Of a stretch of 55,974 nt of DNA, positions 46,349-55,320 are shown in pieces. Source of the stretch: a virus (lineage: Duplodnaviria; Caudoviricetes); the IMG/VR virus record IMGVR_UViG_3300049142_000052, positions 1 through 55,974 of that record; one strand, given 5' to 3'. Position 1 is the first letter of the stretch, and the number at the start of each line of letters is the position of its first letter. The notes under the pieces were generated by a model. The model was not told the DNA's origin, made no database searches, and saw only the letters and a list, made by a program, of their open reading frames with translations. The position numbers and the translations under genes are program-made.

Positions 46349-46792
46349 ATGACCTTGTCCATCGCCAAGGCAGACACACACGAACAGCGACAGGCAGCTG
46401 CCGCCCGAGAGGCCGCCGACATCCTGCAGGAGAAGGCGCCGCGCACCGCAGCCGAACAGGCCGCCATCAACGTCCTCAACGAGCGGCGCTGGGTGCTGTG
46501 GCACGCAGAGGACTACAGCCTCGGCGTGATCCGGCTGCTGTCGCTGCGCGGCCTGCTGCGGGACATCGAGCACGAGAAGCAGCAGGCGAAGGCCGACCAG
46601 TTCTGGTCCGAGCACAGCGAGCGGGCGCGGGTCGCGGACCGCGCCGCCCTCGGCCGGCTGAGCGTTCTCGCCGAACAGGCCGCAGACCGGCTCGACGCCG
46701 GTGACGACCCGGCCGACGTCGCGAAGTGGCTGCGCGAAACCCGCGACCGCATCACGGAGGCACGGGAGAAAGCCACCTCGACCACCAACTGA
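46349..46792 (+). CDS. Hypothetical protein
   Basis: RBS AGGAG. Confidence 0.6.
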   Translation: MTLSIAKADTHEQRQAAAAREAADILQEKAPRTAAEQAAINVLNERRWVLWHAEDYSLGVIRLLSLRGLLRDIEHEKQQAKADQFWSEHSERARVADRAALGRLSVLAEQAADRLDAGDDPADVAKWLRETRDRITEAREKATSTTN

Positions 46793-46871
46793 CTTGCGGC
46801 GCCCAACGCAACGAACCCCCGCCCGGAGGCGCCGGGCGGGAGTCCACCACCAGCATCCCATGGAGACCCCG

Positions 46872-47000
46872 ATGGACCAGCCCTACCTGTTCCCCCTGTC
46901 CGAGCTGAAGACCGAGGGCTACGCGCAGCCCGAGTCCCGCTGGGGCAGCACCGCCGACGACATCGACGCGGGCGACGAGCAGCAGGCGGAGGCCGCCTGA
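46872..47000 (+). CDS. Small acidic protein (42 aa)
   Basis: RBS GGAG; TGATG coupling to clamp gene. Confidence 0.45.
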   Translation: MDQPYLFPLSELKTEGYAQPESRWGSTADDIDAGDEQQAEAA

Positions 47001-48118
47001 TGAAACTCCGCATCGACCAGAAGCAGTTGGCGGAAGCCGCGCGTCGCGCACACCGCCGCCTGCCCAACAACCCGCTGCAGCCCATCCTCGGCGGGCTGCT
47101 GCTGGAAACCGACGGCGACTCGGTGACCATCTCCGGGTTCGACTACGAGACCAGCACCCGCGCCACCCTGGCCGCCGACGTTCTCGAACCCGGGCACGTC
47201 CTGGTGTCGGGCCGGCTGCTCGCCGACGTGGCCGCCGCCATGCCGGCCGGACCCGTCGACGTGGTCGCCGACGGCAACGAGGCCACCCTGTCCGCCCCGG
47301 GCACCACATTCACCCTGCCCACCATGGACCGCGGCGACTACCCGGAACTGCCCCAGGCGCCGGAGGCCGCGGGCACCGTGGACGGCGACCTGCTGGCCGC
47401 CGCCGTGGTGCACGCCGCACACGCCTCAATGCCGGACAAGGAAGCCGCAGGCAGCCTTGAGGGCTTCCGGGGCGTGCACGTGGCCGCCGACGGCGACCAC
47501 CTCACCGTGTCCGCGTCGGACCGGTACCGCATCGTGCGGCACCGCATCCCCTGGGAGCCGGACAGCGACGTGGCCGGCGAACTGCTGGTGCCCGCCGCCA
47601 ACCTGGCGGCCACCGCCAAGCAGCTGGCCGGCGGCCCCGTCCGGGTGTCGTTCACCAACGCCAGCCTCAGCGTCGCCGCCCTCGCCAACGACACGCTGAC
47701 CGTGACCAGCCGAACCGTCGCCACCCCGTTCCCCAGTATCGACGGCTTCTTCCCCGACCCGGCCAAGGCTGTGGGCTGGATGCGGGGCGACGCCGGAGAC
47801 CTGCTGGAGGCGGTGAAGCGGGCCGCCCTGGTCAACGAGAAGGAAGAGCAGGCGATCACGCTGTCCTTCGACCGGGACACGGTGACGGTGGCGGGCGGCG
47901 CCGGAGGGTCGAAGGGAGCCTCCCGAGTCGACGTGGAGTCCGCCGACCTGGACGGGTTCACGGCCGGATACCGGCCCGGCTTCCTCGGCTCCCTGCTCGC
48001 CCCGATCGACGGCCAGGTGCAGGTCTGGTTCACCACCCCGAACAAGCCGGTGCTGATCAAGCCGGTCGACGACGACACCTATCGGGCCGTGTGCATGCCC
48101 GTCCGCCTCAGCCGCTGA
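47000..48118 (+). CDS. dnaN: Phage DNA polymerase III beta sliding clamp homologue
   Basis: PILGGLLL, SGFDYETS, PG.VLVSGRLL.D, DYPELP, SDRYR, AVKRAALV, CMPVRL. Confidence 0.9.
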   Translation: MKLRIDQKQLAEAARRAHRRLPNNPLQPILGGLLLETDGDSVTISGFDYETSTRATLAADVLEPGHVLVSGRLLADVAAAMPAGPVDVVADGNEATLSAPGTTFTLPTMDRGDYPELPQAPEAAGTVDGDLLAAAVVHAAHASMPDKEAAGSLEGFRGVHVAADGDHLTVSASDRYRIVRHRIPWEPDSDVAGELLVPAANLAATAKQLAGGPVRVSFTNASLSVAALANDTLTVTSRTVATPFPSIDGFFPDPAKAVGWMRGDAGDLLEAVKRAALVNEKEEQAITLSFDRDTVTVAGGAGGSKGASRVDVESADLDGFTAGYRPGFLGSLLAPIDGQVQVWFTTPNKPVLIKPVDDDTYRAVCMPVRLSR

Positions 48119-48246
48119 TCCACAACTCCACAGCCGGCGGCGTGTTGAGCCCCCCACTCCGCGCCGCCATCCAGGGCCCGCTCCGCCGGAGCACCCCCCG
48201 CCCCAACGGAGCGGGCCCGCCATCAGCACACCCGAAAGCAGGAGAC

Positions 48247-48891
48247 ATGACCACCGAAACCACCACAAAGCAGCCGCCGCCACTCGCGTTCGTCGACTGC
48301 GAGACGTTCGGTCTCGACCCCGAACGCCACGCCATGTGGGAGCTCGCCGTCATCCACCGCGACAACGGCACCGACACCGAACACCTCTGGCAGATCCGTC
48401 CCGACACGTGGGAGATCGAAGCAGCCGACCCCAAGGCCCTCGACATCAACGGCTACCGCGACCGGATGGCCCTGCCCGACAACTACCAGGTCGGCGACAT
48501 GACCCACTCCTGCGGGCTCCCGCACCCGATGAAGCGCGACGACCTCCGCAACCTGCTCCGCACCCTGCTGGGCGGCGCCGTACTCGTCGGCTCCAACCCG
48601 GCATTCGACGCCGCCTTCCTGAAGGTCTTCCTCAACGAGTCCCCCTGGCACTACCGCACCGTCGACATCGCCACCCTCGCGGCCGGCTACCGGTTCGGGC
48701 AGCGGGACAGCGGGGCCTACGGCGGAGACTTCGCTTTCCCCGGCGACCTGCCGTCCCTGCCGTTCTCCTCCCGCGGCCTGTCCCGCGCGGTCGGTGTCGA
48801 GCCGCCCGGCGACGGCGTGGCCCACACCGCGCTCGGCGACGCCCGCTGGGCCCGCGACGTCTACGACGCGGTGACCGGCGGTGGACAGTGA
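48247..48891 (+). CDS. DEDDh 3'-5' exonuclease
   Basis: FVDCETFGLD, VGSNPAFD..FL, WHYR.VD, HTALGDA. Confidence 0.85.
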   Translation: MTTETTTKQPPPLAFVDCETFGLDPERHAMWELAVIHRDNGTDTEHLWQIRPDTWEIEAADPKALDINGYRDRMALPDNYQVGDMTHSCGLPHPMKRDDLRNLLRTLLGGAVLVGSNPAFDAAFLKVFLNESPWHYRTVDIATLAAGYRFGQRDSGAYGGDFAFPGDLPSLPFSSRGLSRAVGVEPPGDGVAHTALGDARWARDVYDAVTGGGQ

Positions 48892-49793
48892 CGACCACCC
48901 AGCCGTCGCCCCCCGCCGGCCGCCTGATCGGAACCTTCGAGCCCGGCAGCCCGGAATGGCATGCGGCCCGCGTGAACGGTATCGGCGGCAGCGAGATCGC
49001 CGCCGTCCTCGGCCTCAGCCCCCACGAGTCCGCGTTCTCCCTATGGCACCGCAAGAAGGGCAACATCGGCCCCGTCCAGGAAACCCCGGAAATGTACTGG
49101 GGCAAGAAGCACGAGCCGACGATCTGCGCCGAGTTCGCCGACCGCCACCCCGAACTCCTCGTCCTGCCCTCCGGCACCTACGCCGCCGACGACGTGCCGT
49201 GGTGGATCGCCAACCCCGACCGGCTCGGCTTCACCGCCGACGGCGAACTCGAAGTCATCGAAGCGAAGACCGCCTACGACGACTTCGAGTGGGGCGAAGA
49301 AGGCACCGACCAGATCCCCATCCACTACAAGGCCCAAGTCCGCTGGTACTGCCGGGCCCTCGGAGCCCGCCGCGCCCGCATCGCCGTCCTCATCGGCCTC
49401 TCCGACTACCGCGAGTACGTCGTCGAACCCGACACCACGGACACCGAGGTCATGTACACCGCGGGCAAGGCGTTCATGGACTCCCTCGCCACCGGACAGG
49501 CCCCGAACATCGACGGCCACACCGCCACCTTCCAGGCCGTGAAGGCACTGCCGGACGGCATGGAGGACGTCGACGTCGACATCACCGCCGACCTCCGGGA
49601 CCGCTACTTCGCCGCCCTCGACGCCTTCAAGGCCGCAGAGGAGGAGAAGCGGTGCGCCGCCGGCCTCGTCCTCAACCAGATCGGCACCGGACGTCGCGCC
49701 GTCGTCGGCAAGGACCGCGTCGCCACCCGCACCGTCCGCGACGGCAAGACCTACTCCCTTCAGCCCGCACGAAACAGGAGCACCGCCGCATGA
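48888..49793 (+). CDS. YqaJ-like (RecE/lambda Exo-type) exonuclease
   Basis: W...R..GIGGSEIAAVLG.SP, ANPD, IEAKTA, Y.AQV.WY. Confidence 0.9.
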   Translation: MTTTQPSPPAGRLIGTFEPGSPEWHAARVNGIGGSEIAAVLGLSPHESAFSLWHRKKGNIGPVQETPEMYWGKKHEPTICAEFADRHPELLVLPSGTYAADDVPWWIANPDRLGFTADGELEVIEAKTAYDDFEWGEEGTDQIPIHYKAQVRWYCRALGARRARIAVLIGLSDYREYVVEPDTTDTEVMYTAGKAFMDSLATGQAPNIDGHTATFQAVKALPDGMEDVDVDITADLRDRYFAALDAFKAAEEEKRCAAGLVLNQIGTGRRAVVGKDRVATRTVRDGKTYSLQPARNRSTAA

Positions 49794-50614
49794 CCAACCA
49801 GTCCGTCTCCACCGCCATCGAGAAGCGCGACCAGGGCCCCGCTGCGGTCGTCGAGCAGTACCGCGAGTCTCTCGAGCTCGTCATGCCCAGCCACCTGCAG
49901 CAGCGCGTCGGCGCCTGGATCCGCAACACCCAGGGCCTCCTGCGCCGCGACCCCAAGCTGATGGAGGCCGCGCAGAACGACGTCGGCCAGTTCATCGCCG
50001 TCCTCATGGACGCCGGCCGCCTCGGACTGGAGCCCGGCACCGAGCAGTACTACCTGGTGCCGCGCTGGAACAAGAAGAAGCGGTGCACCGAAGTCACTGG
50101 TGTCCGCGGCTACCAGGGCGAGATCGAGCTCATGTACCGGGCCGGCGCCGTGTCCTCCGTCATCGTCGAAGCCGTCTACACGGGCGACGGCTTCCAGTTC
50201 CGGCCCGGCCGCGACGAGCGCCCCGTCCACGACATCGACTGGGACCTCGAGGACCGCGGCGAACTCCGCCTCGTCTACGCCTACGCGGTCATGAAGGACG
50301 GCGCCACCAGCAAGGTCGTCGTCCTCAACAAGGGGCACATCGCCAAGGCCATGGCGAAGTCCGACAGCGCCGACCAGCCCTGGTCGCCCTGGAATACCGA
50401 CACCGAGGCGATGTGGCTGAAGACCGCAGCGCACCGCCTCGCCAAGTGGGTGCCGACCTCCGCCGAGTACATGCGCGAGCAGATCCGCGCCCAGGCCGTC
50501 GTCGACAGCGAGCAGCGCCCTGAGCCGCTGCCGGCCACGGTCCCGACGCCCGCGCCCGGAACGGTCGACGACGACTACGACGAGGGCCCCGTCGAGGGCG
50601 AACTCGTCGACTAG
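49790..50614 (+). CDS. recT: RecT single-strand annealing protein
   Basis: LGLEPG...YYLVP, GYQG.IEL.YRAG, SPW..D.EAMWLKT. Confidence 0.9.
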   Translation: MTNQSVSTAIEKRDQGPAAVVEQYRESLELVMPSHLQQRVGAWIRNTQGLLRRDPKLMEAAQNDVGQFIAVLMDAGRLGLEPGTEQYYLVPRWNKKKRCTEVTGVRGYQGEIELMYRAGAVSSVIVEAVYTGDGFQFRPGRDERPVHDIDWDLEDRGELRLVYAYAVMKDGATSKVVVLNKGHIAKAMAKSDSADQPWSPWNTDTEAMWLKTAAHRLAKWVPTSAEYMREQIRAQAVVDSEQRPEPLPATVPTPAPGTVDDDYDEGPVEGELVD

Positions 50615-50686
50615 CCCGCACCCGCGCCGGGCTCCCGCCCGCCCAAATCAGGCGGGAGCCCGGCTCAACCCAGGAGATCACGAACG

Positions 50687-50956
50687 ATGACCACCGACCA
50701 GACCGACACCACGCAGGCACCGTCCCGCGAGCCGTGGGGGCCCGGCGTCACCCCGGAGCAGGCCGCCCTCTCCGTCGTCTCCCTGCACATCGCCCAGGCC
50801 TTCATCCAGAGCGACAACGAGGAAGTCCACGCCTGGGCCCGGGAGCTCGCGCACGAGCTGAAGCGGGAGCTGTTCGACCTGTCCGAGGACATCGGCCGCC
50901 ACCTCCTGCGGATGACCCTCCAGCAGCCGGCCCTCAGCGACCACGTCCCCTTCTAG
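50687..50956 (+). CDS. Hypothetical protein
   Basis: RBS AGGAG. Confidence 0.55.
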   Translation: MTTDQTDTTQAPSREPWGPGVTPEQAALSVVSLHIAQAFIQSDNEEVHAWARELAHELKRELFDLSEDIGRHLLRMTLQQPALSDHVPF

Positions 50957-51022
50957 CCCACCCCGTGCGGCGGCCGGCCGTACCCGAAATACGGCCGGCC
51001 GCCACCAGACAAGGAGAGCACG

Positions 51023-51475
51023 ATGACCGACTCCCCGTACACCGACGGCGACGCCCGCGTCGAGGCTGCCGCGCAGCTCCGTGCCGCACGGGACCCGGAG
51101 TACTTCGAGATCAACATCGAAGGCCACAAGATCCCCAGCCGGGGCGACTTCCAGTGGGACCAGCTCGGCGACGACGACTTCCACGACGCCAACCGTGAAA
51201 TCTCCGAGCACGTCGAGTACGCCCTCGACCTGTCCCGCTGGGCCGTCGACCTCGGCGCCAACGGTCTGAAGGCCACCAGCGAACTGGCCTGGGGGCGCGG
51301 CGGTGACGCCTGGGACCTCGCCGTCCAGATCGCCCACCGGCCCGCCCTGAAGGACGACCTGCGCGACGCCCTCACCGCGGCCGTCCGCAACGCAGTGAAC
51401 CAGGTCTTCCACGACCGCGAGATCGACGACACCCACCTCCTGCACCACGCCACGTCCGAGGAGACCACCCGATGA
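51023..51475 (+). CDS. Hypothetical protein
   Basis: RBS AAGGAG. Confidence 0.6.
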   Translation: MTDSPYTDGDARVEAAAQLRAARDPEYFEINIEGHKIPSRGDFQWDQLGDDDFHDANREISEHVEYALDLSRWAVDLGANGLKATSELAWGRGGDAWDLAVQIAHRPALKDDLRDALTAAVRNAVNQVFHDREIDDTHLLHHATSEETTR

Positions 51476-51876
51476 AGGCACTTACGGTCCGACAGCCGTG
51501 GGCCGGCGCCATCGCCCACCAGCAGAAGACGGTGGAAAACCGCAGTTGGCGGCTCCCCGCGAAGTATGAGGGTGCCCGGATCCTCATCCACGCCGGAGCG
51601 CAGCCCGACCGTGACGCGCAGGTGTACGGCGAGCACCTCGACGTGTACCGCGCGGTCGTCGCCGTCGTCACGATCACCGGCTGCCACTTCTCCGTGGCGG
51701 GCACCTGCTGCGGTCCGTGGGGCTTCGAGCGCGTCTACCACTGGACCCTCGCCGACGTGATCGCCCTCCCGGAGCCGGTGCCGGTGGCCAGAGGCGCGCT
51801 CAACTTCTGGACCCCCAGCGACGACGTGCTCACCGCCGTTCAGGCGCAGCTGGCCGATACCGCCACCGCCATCTAA
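51472..51876 (+). CDS. ASCH-domain protein
   Basis: ALTVRQPWA.AI...KTVENRSW, ILIHAG, HW.L.DV..LPEPVP..RG.L.FW. Confidence 0.85.
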   Translation: MKALTVRQPWAGAIAHQQKTVENRSWRLPAKYEGARILIHAGAQPDRDAQVYGEHLDVYRAVVAVVTITGCHFSVAGTCCGPWGFERVYHWTLADVIALPEPVPVARGALNFWTPSDDVLTAVQAQLADTATAI

Positions 51877-51940
51877 CCCGACCCGATCGGGGGCCGCTCG
51901 CACCCGTAATGCGAGCGGCCCCCGGAACCAGGAGACCACG

Positions 51941-52288
51941 ATGACCGCCACTGTGCAGCCCGCGCTCGACGGCAGTGTCCCGGAGCCGCGGAAGACGCGG
52001 ACGCAGCAGCGCGCCGAGGACTACGAGACCTGGCTGGAGATCGTCTGGCCCAAGTTCATAGCCGCCGCCGCTTCAGGCCGGACGTTCACCTGCTACGAGA
52101 TCGCCGACCTCCACCAGCTGCCCGACCCGCCGAACCCGCAGGCGCACTGGGGCCGGCTCATGACCCTCCTGAAGGACGAGGGCTACGTCCGCACCGCTGG
52201 CTGGGCGTGCACCAACCGGCCCACCGCCCACCACTCCGGCGTCCGCACCTGGCGCGGCACCGCCGCAGCACGGAGGACCGCCGCATGA
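51941..52288 (+). CDS. Hypothetical wHTH-like protein
   Basis: FT..EI...LPDPP....WG.L...G.V...G....RP. Confidence 0.6.
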   Translation: MTATVQPALDGSVPEPRKTRTQQRAEDYETWLEIVWPKFIAAAASGRTFTCYEIADLHQLPDPPNPQAHWGRLMTLLKDEGYVRTAGWACTNRPTAHHSGVRTWRGTAAARRTAA

Positions 52289-52401
52289 CCGCCGCTCCCG
52301 CCGCCGTGTTCCTCGCCTGCCTCGGCCTCACGATCGGCCTGGCCGCGGTCGTCTTCGCACTGATCACCCGCCCCGCACGCACCCGCGGGAGGCGGCCGTG
52401 A
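52285..52401 (+). CDS. Small single-TM protein
   Basis: ATGA overlap; hydrophobic stretch then basic tail. Confidence 0.45.
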   Translation: MTAAPAAVFLACLGLTIGLAAVVFALITRPARTRGRRP

Positions 52402-52718
52402 TCGACGACCTGGCCCTGTACCTCGCCGCGGGCCGCGCCGCGCACCCCATCGCTGACTGGGCCGTCGACTTCGCCCTCACCTTCGGGCCCGGCGTCGCCC
52501 TCACCGCCGTCATCTACACCGCCTGGTCGGTCATCGACCGGATCCGCGACCGGGCCGCCTACTGCCGGCAACTCCGCCACGAACTCCAGCAGACGCGACA
52601 CCTCGCCCACGCCATCGAACAAGCCCCACTCATCCCCACCCAGCCCGGCCAAGACGACGACCTCCTCACCGCCTGCTGGGACGCCTGGAAAGCCCAACCC
52701 CGAAAGGAGAAGCCGTGA
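52398..52718 (+). CDS. Membrane-associated hypothetical protein
   Basis: GTGA overlap; one TM segment. Confidence 0.55.
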   Translation: MIDDLALYLAAGRAAHPIADWAVDFALTFGPGVALTAVIYTAWSVIDRIRDRAAYCRQLRHELQQTRHLAHAIEQAPLIPTQPGQDDDLLTACWDAWKAQPRKEKP

Positions 52719-53566
52719 CCACCGCCGTCCGCGAAGCCCCCCACCACCGCAACCTCACCTGCTACACCGACTACCGCTGCCGACGGCCCGAGTGCGTCAC
52801 CCGCTACAACGACTGGCAGCGCAACCGTCTCCGCGCCGTCGCCGACGGAACCTGGCAGCCCTTCATCGACGCCACCCGCGTCCGTGAACACCTCCTCAAG
52901 CTGCACGCCGCGGGCATCACCCCCCACCGCATCGAAGCACTCACCGGCATCGACTGGAACACGATCCGCCTCTACACCCAGCCCAACCTCACCAAGGGCC
53001 GCGGCATGATCCGGCAGACCACACCCGAGGTCGAAGCGAAAATCCTCGCCATCCAGCCCGAACCCACCCTCCCCGGCCGCGTCGACCCCACCGGCACCCG
53101 CCGCCGCATCCAAGCCCTGTCCGCCACCGGCTGGCCCCTCCGCGAACTCGGACCCCACATCGGCATCAAGCCCGACAACGTGCGCCGCCTCCTCAAACGC
53201 GGACAGACCGTCTACGGCAGCACCGCCCAGGCCACCATCGACGCCTACGAGACACTCCGCCACAGCCACCCCCGCAAGCACGGCGTCAGCGAACTCGGCA
53301 TCGCCCGCGCCCTCCGCAACGCCAGCCAGCAACGATGGGCCCCGCCCAAGTACTGGGACCAGCACCCCGGCGCCATTGACGACCCGCACTTCGAGCCCAT
53401 GTACCGGCTCACCCGCCGGGAGATCATCGCCCAGGACGCCAACTGGGTCATGACCACCATCGGCCTCGACCGCGCCTCCGCCGCCGAACGACTCGGCGTC
53501 ACCAAGTCGTACATCGACCACGCCTTCCGCGACCACCCCGAATACGCCGTGGAGGTCGCCGCATGA
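52715..53566 (+). CDS. Multi-HTH DNA-binding protein with N-terminal Zn motif
   Basis: H...CY..YRCRRPEC; GTRRRIQAL.A.GWP; AAERLGVT. Confidence 0.7.
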   Translation: MTTAVREAPHHRNLTCYTDYRCRRPECVTRYNDWQRNRLRAVADGTWQPFIDATRVREHLLKLHAAGITPHRIEALTGIDWNTIRLYTQPNLTKGRGMIRQTTPEVEAKILAIQPEPTLPGRVDPTGTRRRIQALSATGWPLRELGPHIGIKPDNVRRLLKRGQTVYGSTAQATIDAYETLRHSHPRKHGVSELGIARALRNASQQRWAPPKYWDQHPGAIDDPHFEPMYRLTRREIIAQDANWVMTTIGLDRASAAERLGVTKSYIDHAFRDHPEYAVEVAA

Positions 53567-54012
53567 AGCCCGGACCGCCCGGCGTACCCCGCGCCGACAT
53601 CATCCCTCTCCTCCAAGAAGGCCACTCCGACCGGGAGATCGGCCGGCGGCTGCACACCAACCCAAAGCGGGTCGGCCGGATCCGCACCGAACTGGGCCTG
53701 CCCCGCGCTGTCACGGCGACCTCTCGCACCCTGCACCAGACCTGGGCGACGTTCACCGAACCCGCTGGTGACGGCCACCTGAAGTGGACGGGATACCTCC
53801 GCGAAGGCACGTGCCCTGTCATGAAGTACCGCGGCGTCGACTACAGCGCGCGCCGCATCGCCTTCGAGATCGGCCACGGCCGCCAGCCCATTGGCCGCGT
53901 CCTCCCCGGCTGCGACTACCCGGGATGCATCGCGCCCTCATGCGCCACCGACCAGCCCATGCGACGTGCCGACCAGCTGTACGACGCGATCTTCGGGGCG
54001 GTCACCACATGA
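53563..54012 (+). CDS. HTH plus degenerate HNH/Zn-loop protein
   Basis: GHSDREIGRRL; H.KWTG...ARRIAF...C....CIAP. Confidence 0.6.
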   Translation: MKPGPPGVPRADIIPLLQEGHSDREIGRRLHTNPKRVGRIRTELGLPRAVTATSRTLHQTWATFTEPAGDGHLKWTGYLREGTCPVMKYRGVDYSARRIAFEIGHGRQPIGRVLPGCDYPGCIAPSCATDQPMRRADQLYDAIFGAVTT

Positions 54013-54122
54013 GCGCCATCACCCCCAACACCGCCAGCCAGCAACAGACCGCCGCCTAACCCGCACGACAAAGGGCCCCGCAACCGCGAGGCCCCGGAGG
54101 AGAGAGAAGGGAGGACCGGATG

Positions 54123-54350
54123 CTAGTCGTCGGACTCGGCCGGCTTACGGCGAGGAACGCGGACGACGCGCTTCTTCGGCTTGGGCGGCTCGAGGCCGTT
54201 GGCCTTGCGCCAGGCGGCGACTTCGCGGACGACGTACATGCGGATGTCCGCGGCTCGCGCGATGCCCTTCTCCTCGCACAGCTGCCCGTAGTCCGCCCAC
54301 GTCTCGTCGTCGATGCGGACCACTCGGCCAGGCTGCCCCTTCGTCGTCAT
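54123..54350 (-). CDS. Ribbon-helix-helix (Arc/CopG-like) regulator
   Basis: PGRVVRIDDETW..Y..LC...G..RA.DIR.YV; leaderless signature. Confidence 0.7.
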   Translation of the reverse strand: MTTKGQPGRVVRIDDETWADYGQLCEEKGIARAADIRMYVVREVAAWRKANGLEPPKPKKRVVRVPRRKPAESDD

Positions 54351-54364
54351 GTCGACAGCGTAAC

Positions 54365-54447
54365 TGACTGTGCGGTGGCTGGTCACCCACCCGTGACAGA
54401 GTGGCTGTCATTTGACCTACTGGTGACCGGTCACCCTGTTGTACTGT
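54365..54447. promoter_or_regulatory. Divergent control region with TGAC/GTCA inverted repeats
   Basis: Perfect palindrome GGTGACCGGTCACC 54422-54435; TGACAG-N5-CTGTCA 54394-54410; GTCAC-N6-GTGAC 54382-54397. Confidence 0.55.
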
Positions 54448-54552
54448 TCAAGGGTGCCAAGGCGGCACCGAAGCGCTCAAACAAGCCGCCCTAAGGGCTT
54501 GGTTCCGTGCGCCCAAAAGCCCCCTGACCAGCACTCTCCGAAAGAAGACCCG

Positions 54553-55320
54553 ATGGCCGTCTCCAAGCGCCTCCGATACGAGATCCTCAGGCGGGACAAC
54601 CACGCCTGCAGGTACTGCGGCGCCGCGGCGCCCGACGTGAAGCTCAACGTCGACCACGTCATCCCCACCTCGCTCGGCGGCAGCGACAAGCCCGAGAACC
54701 TCGTCACCGCCTGCGCCGACTGCAACGGCGGCAAGACCAGCAGCATGCCGAACGCCATGCCCGTCGCCGACGTGGACCAGGACACCCTTTTGCGAGCCGC
54801 CGACATCAAGCAGGCGAGCGCGCCGGGGGGCCGAGAAGCCTTCCATGCCCACCTGATCACGGTGTGGCAGTGGGCCTGGAGCAAGCGGGCCCACACCGAG
54901 CCGACCGCGGAGCAGTCGCGAGAAGCGTTCGACCAGCTGGCGCTACTCGCCGACGGCTCGGACTGGCCGGCCGACTACCTCACTGAAATCGCGTTCAGGG
55001 CTGGCTCGGCACGCTCCACCGAGGTCGCGCACTTCATCGAGCCTCAACTGAACGATGAGCAGTTCTCTCTTGGTGCCGACGCGGTGAACGCATGGTCCGC
55101 AGCCTGGGAATCGTCCAGCAAGGGCGCCCAGCCGTCGATGGATGAGCTGGCTGAGTTTTGCGACGGCCTTCACCACCTCGTCCTTCTTCTCGATGCCACC
55201 GCCCAACGAGACATGGTGATGGCCGCAGCCAACCGCGCGGGTCGGCAGCGAGACGTCAGCATCACCCGCCACCTGTCGGCACACCGAGCGACGCACCAGA
55301 CCGAAGGCGGTGCGTTCTGA
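54553..55320 (+). CDS. HNH endonuclease-domain protein
   Basis: VSKRLRYEILRRD.HACRYCG...VDHVIP..LGG.D...NLVTAC.DCN.GK. Confidence 0.85.
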   Translation: MAVSKRLRYEILRRDNHACRYCGAAAPDVKLNVDHVIPTSLGGSDKPENLVTACADCNGGKTSSMPNAMPVADVDQDTLLRAADIKQASAPGGREAFHAHLITVWQWAWSKRAHTEPTAEQSREAFDQLALLADGSDWPADYLTEIAFRAGSARSTEVAHFIEPQLNDEQFSLGADAVNAWSAAWESSSKGAQPSMDELAEFCDGLHHLVLLLDATAQRDMVMAAANRAGRQRDVSITRHLSAHRATHQTEGGAF

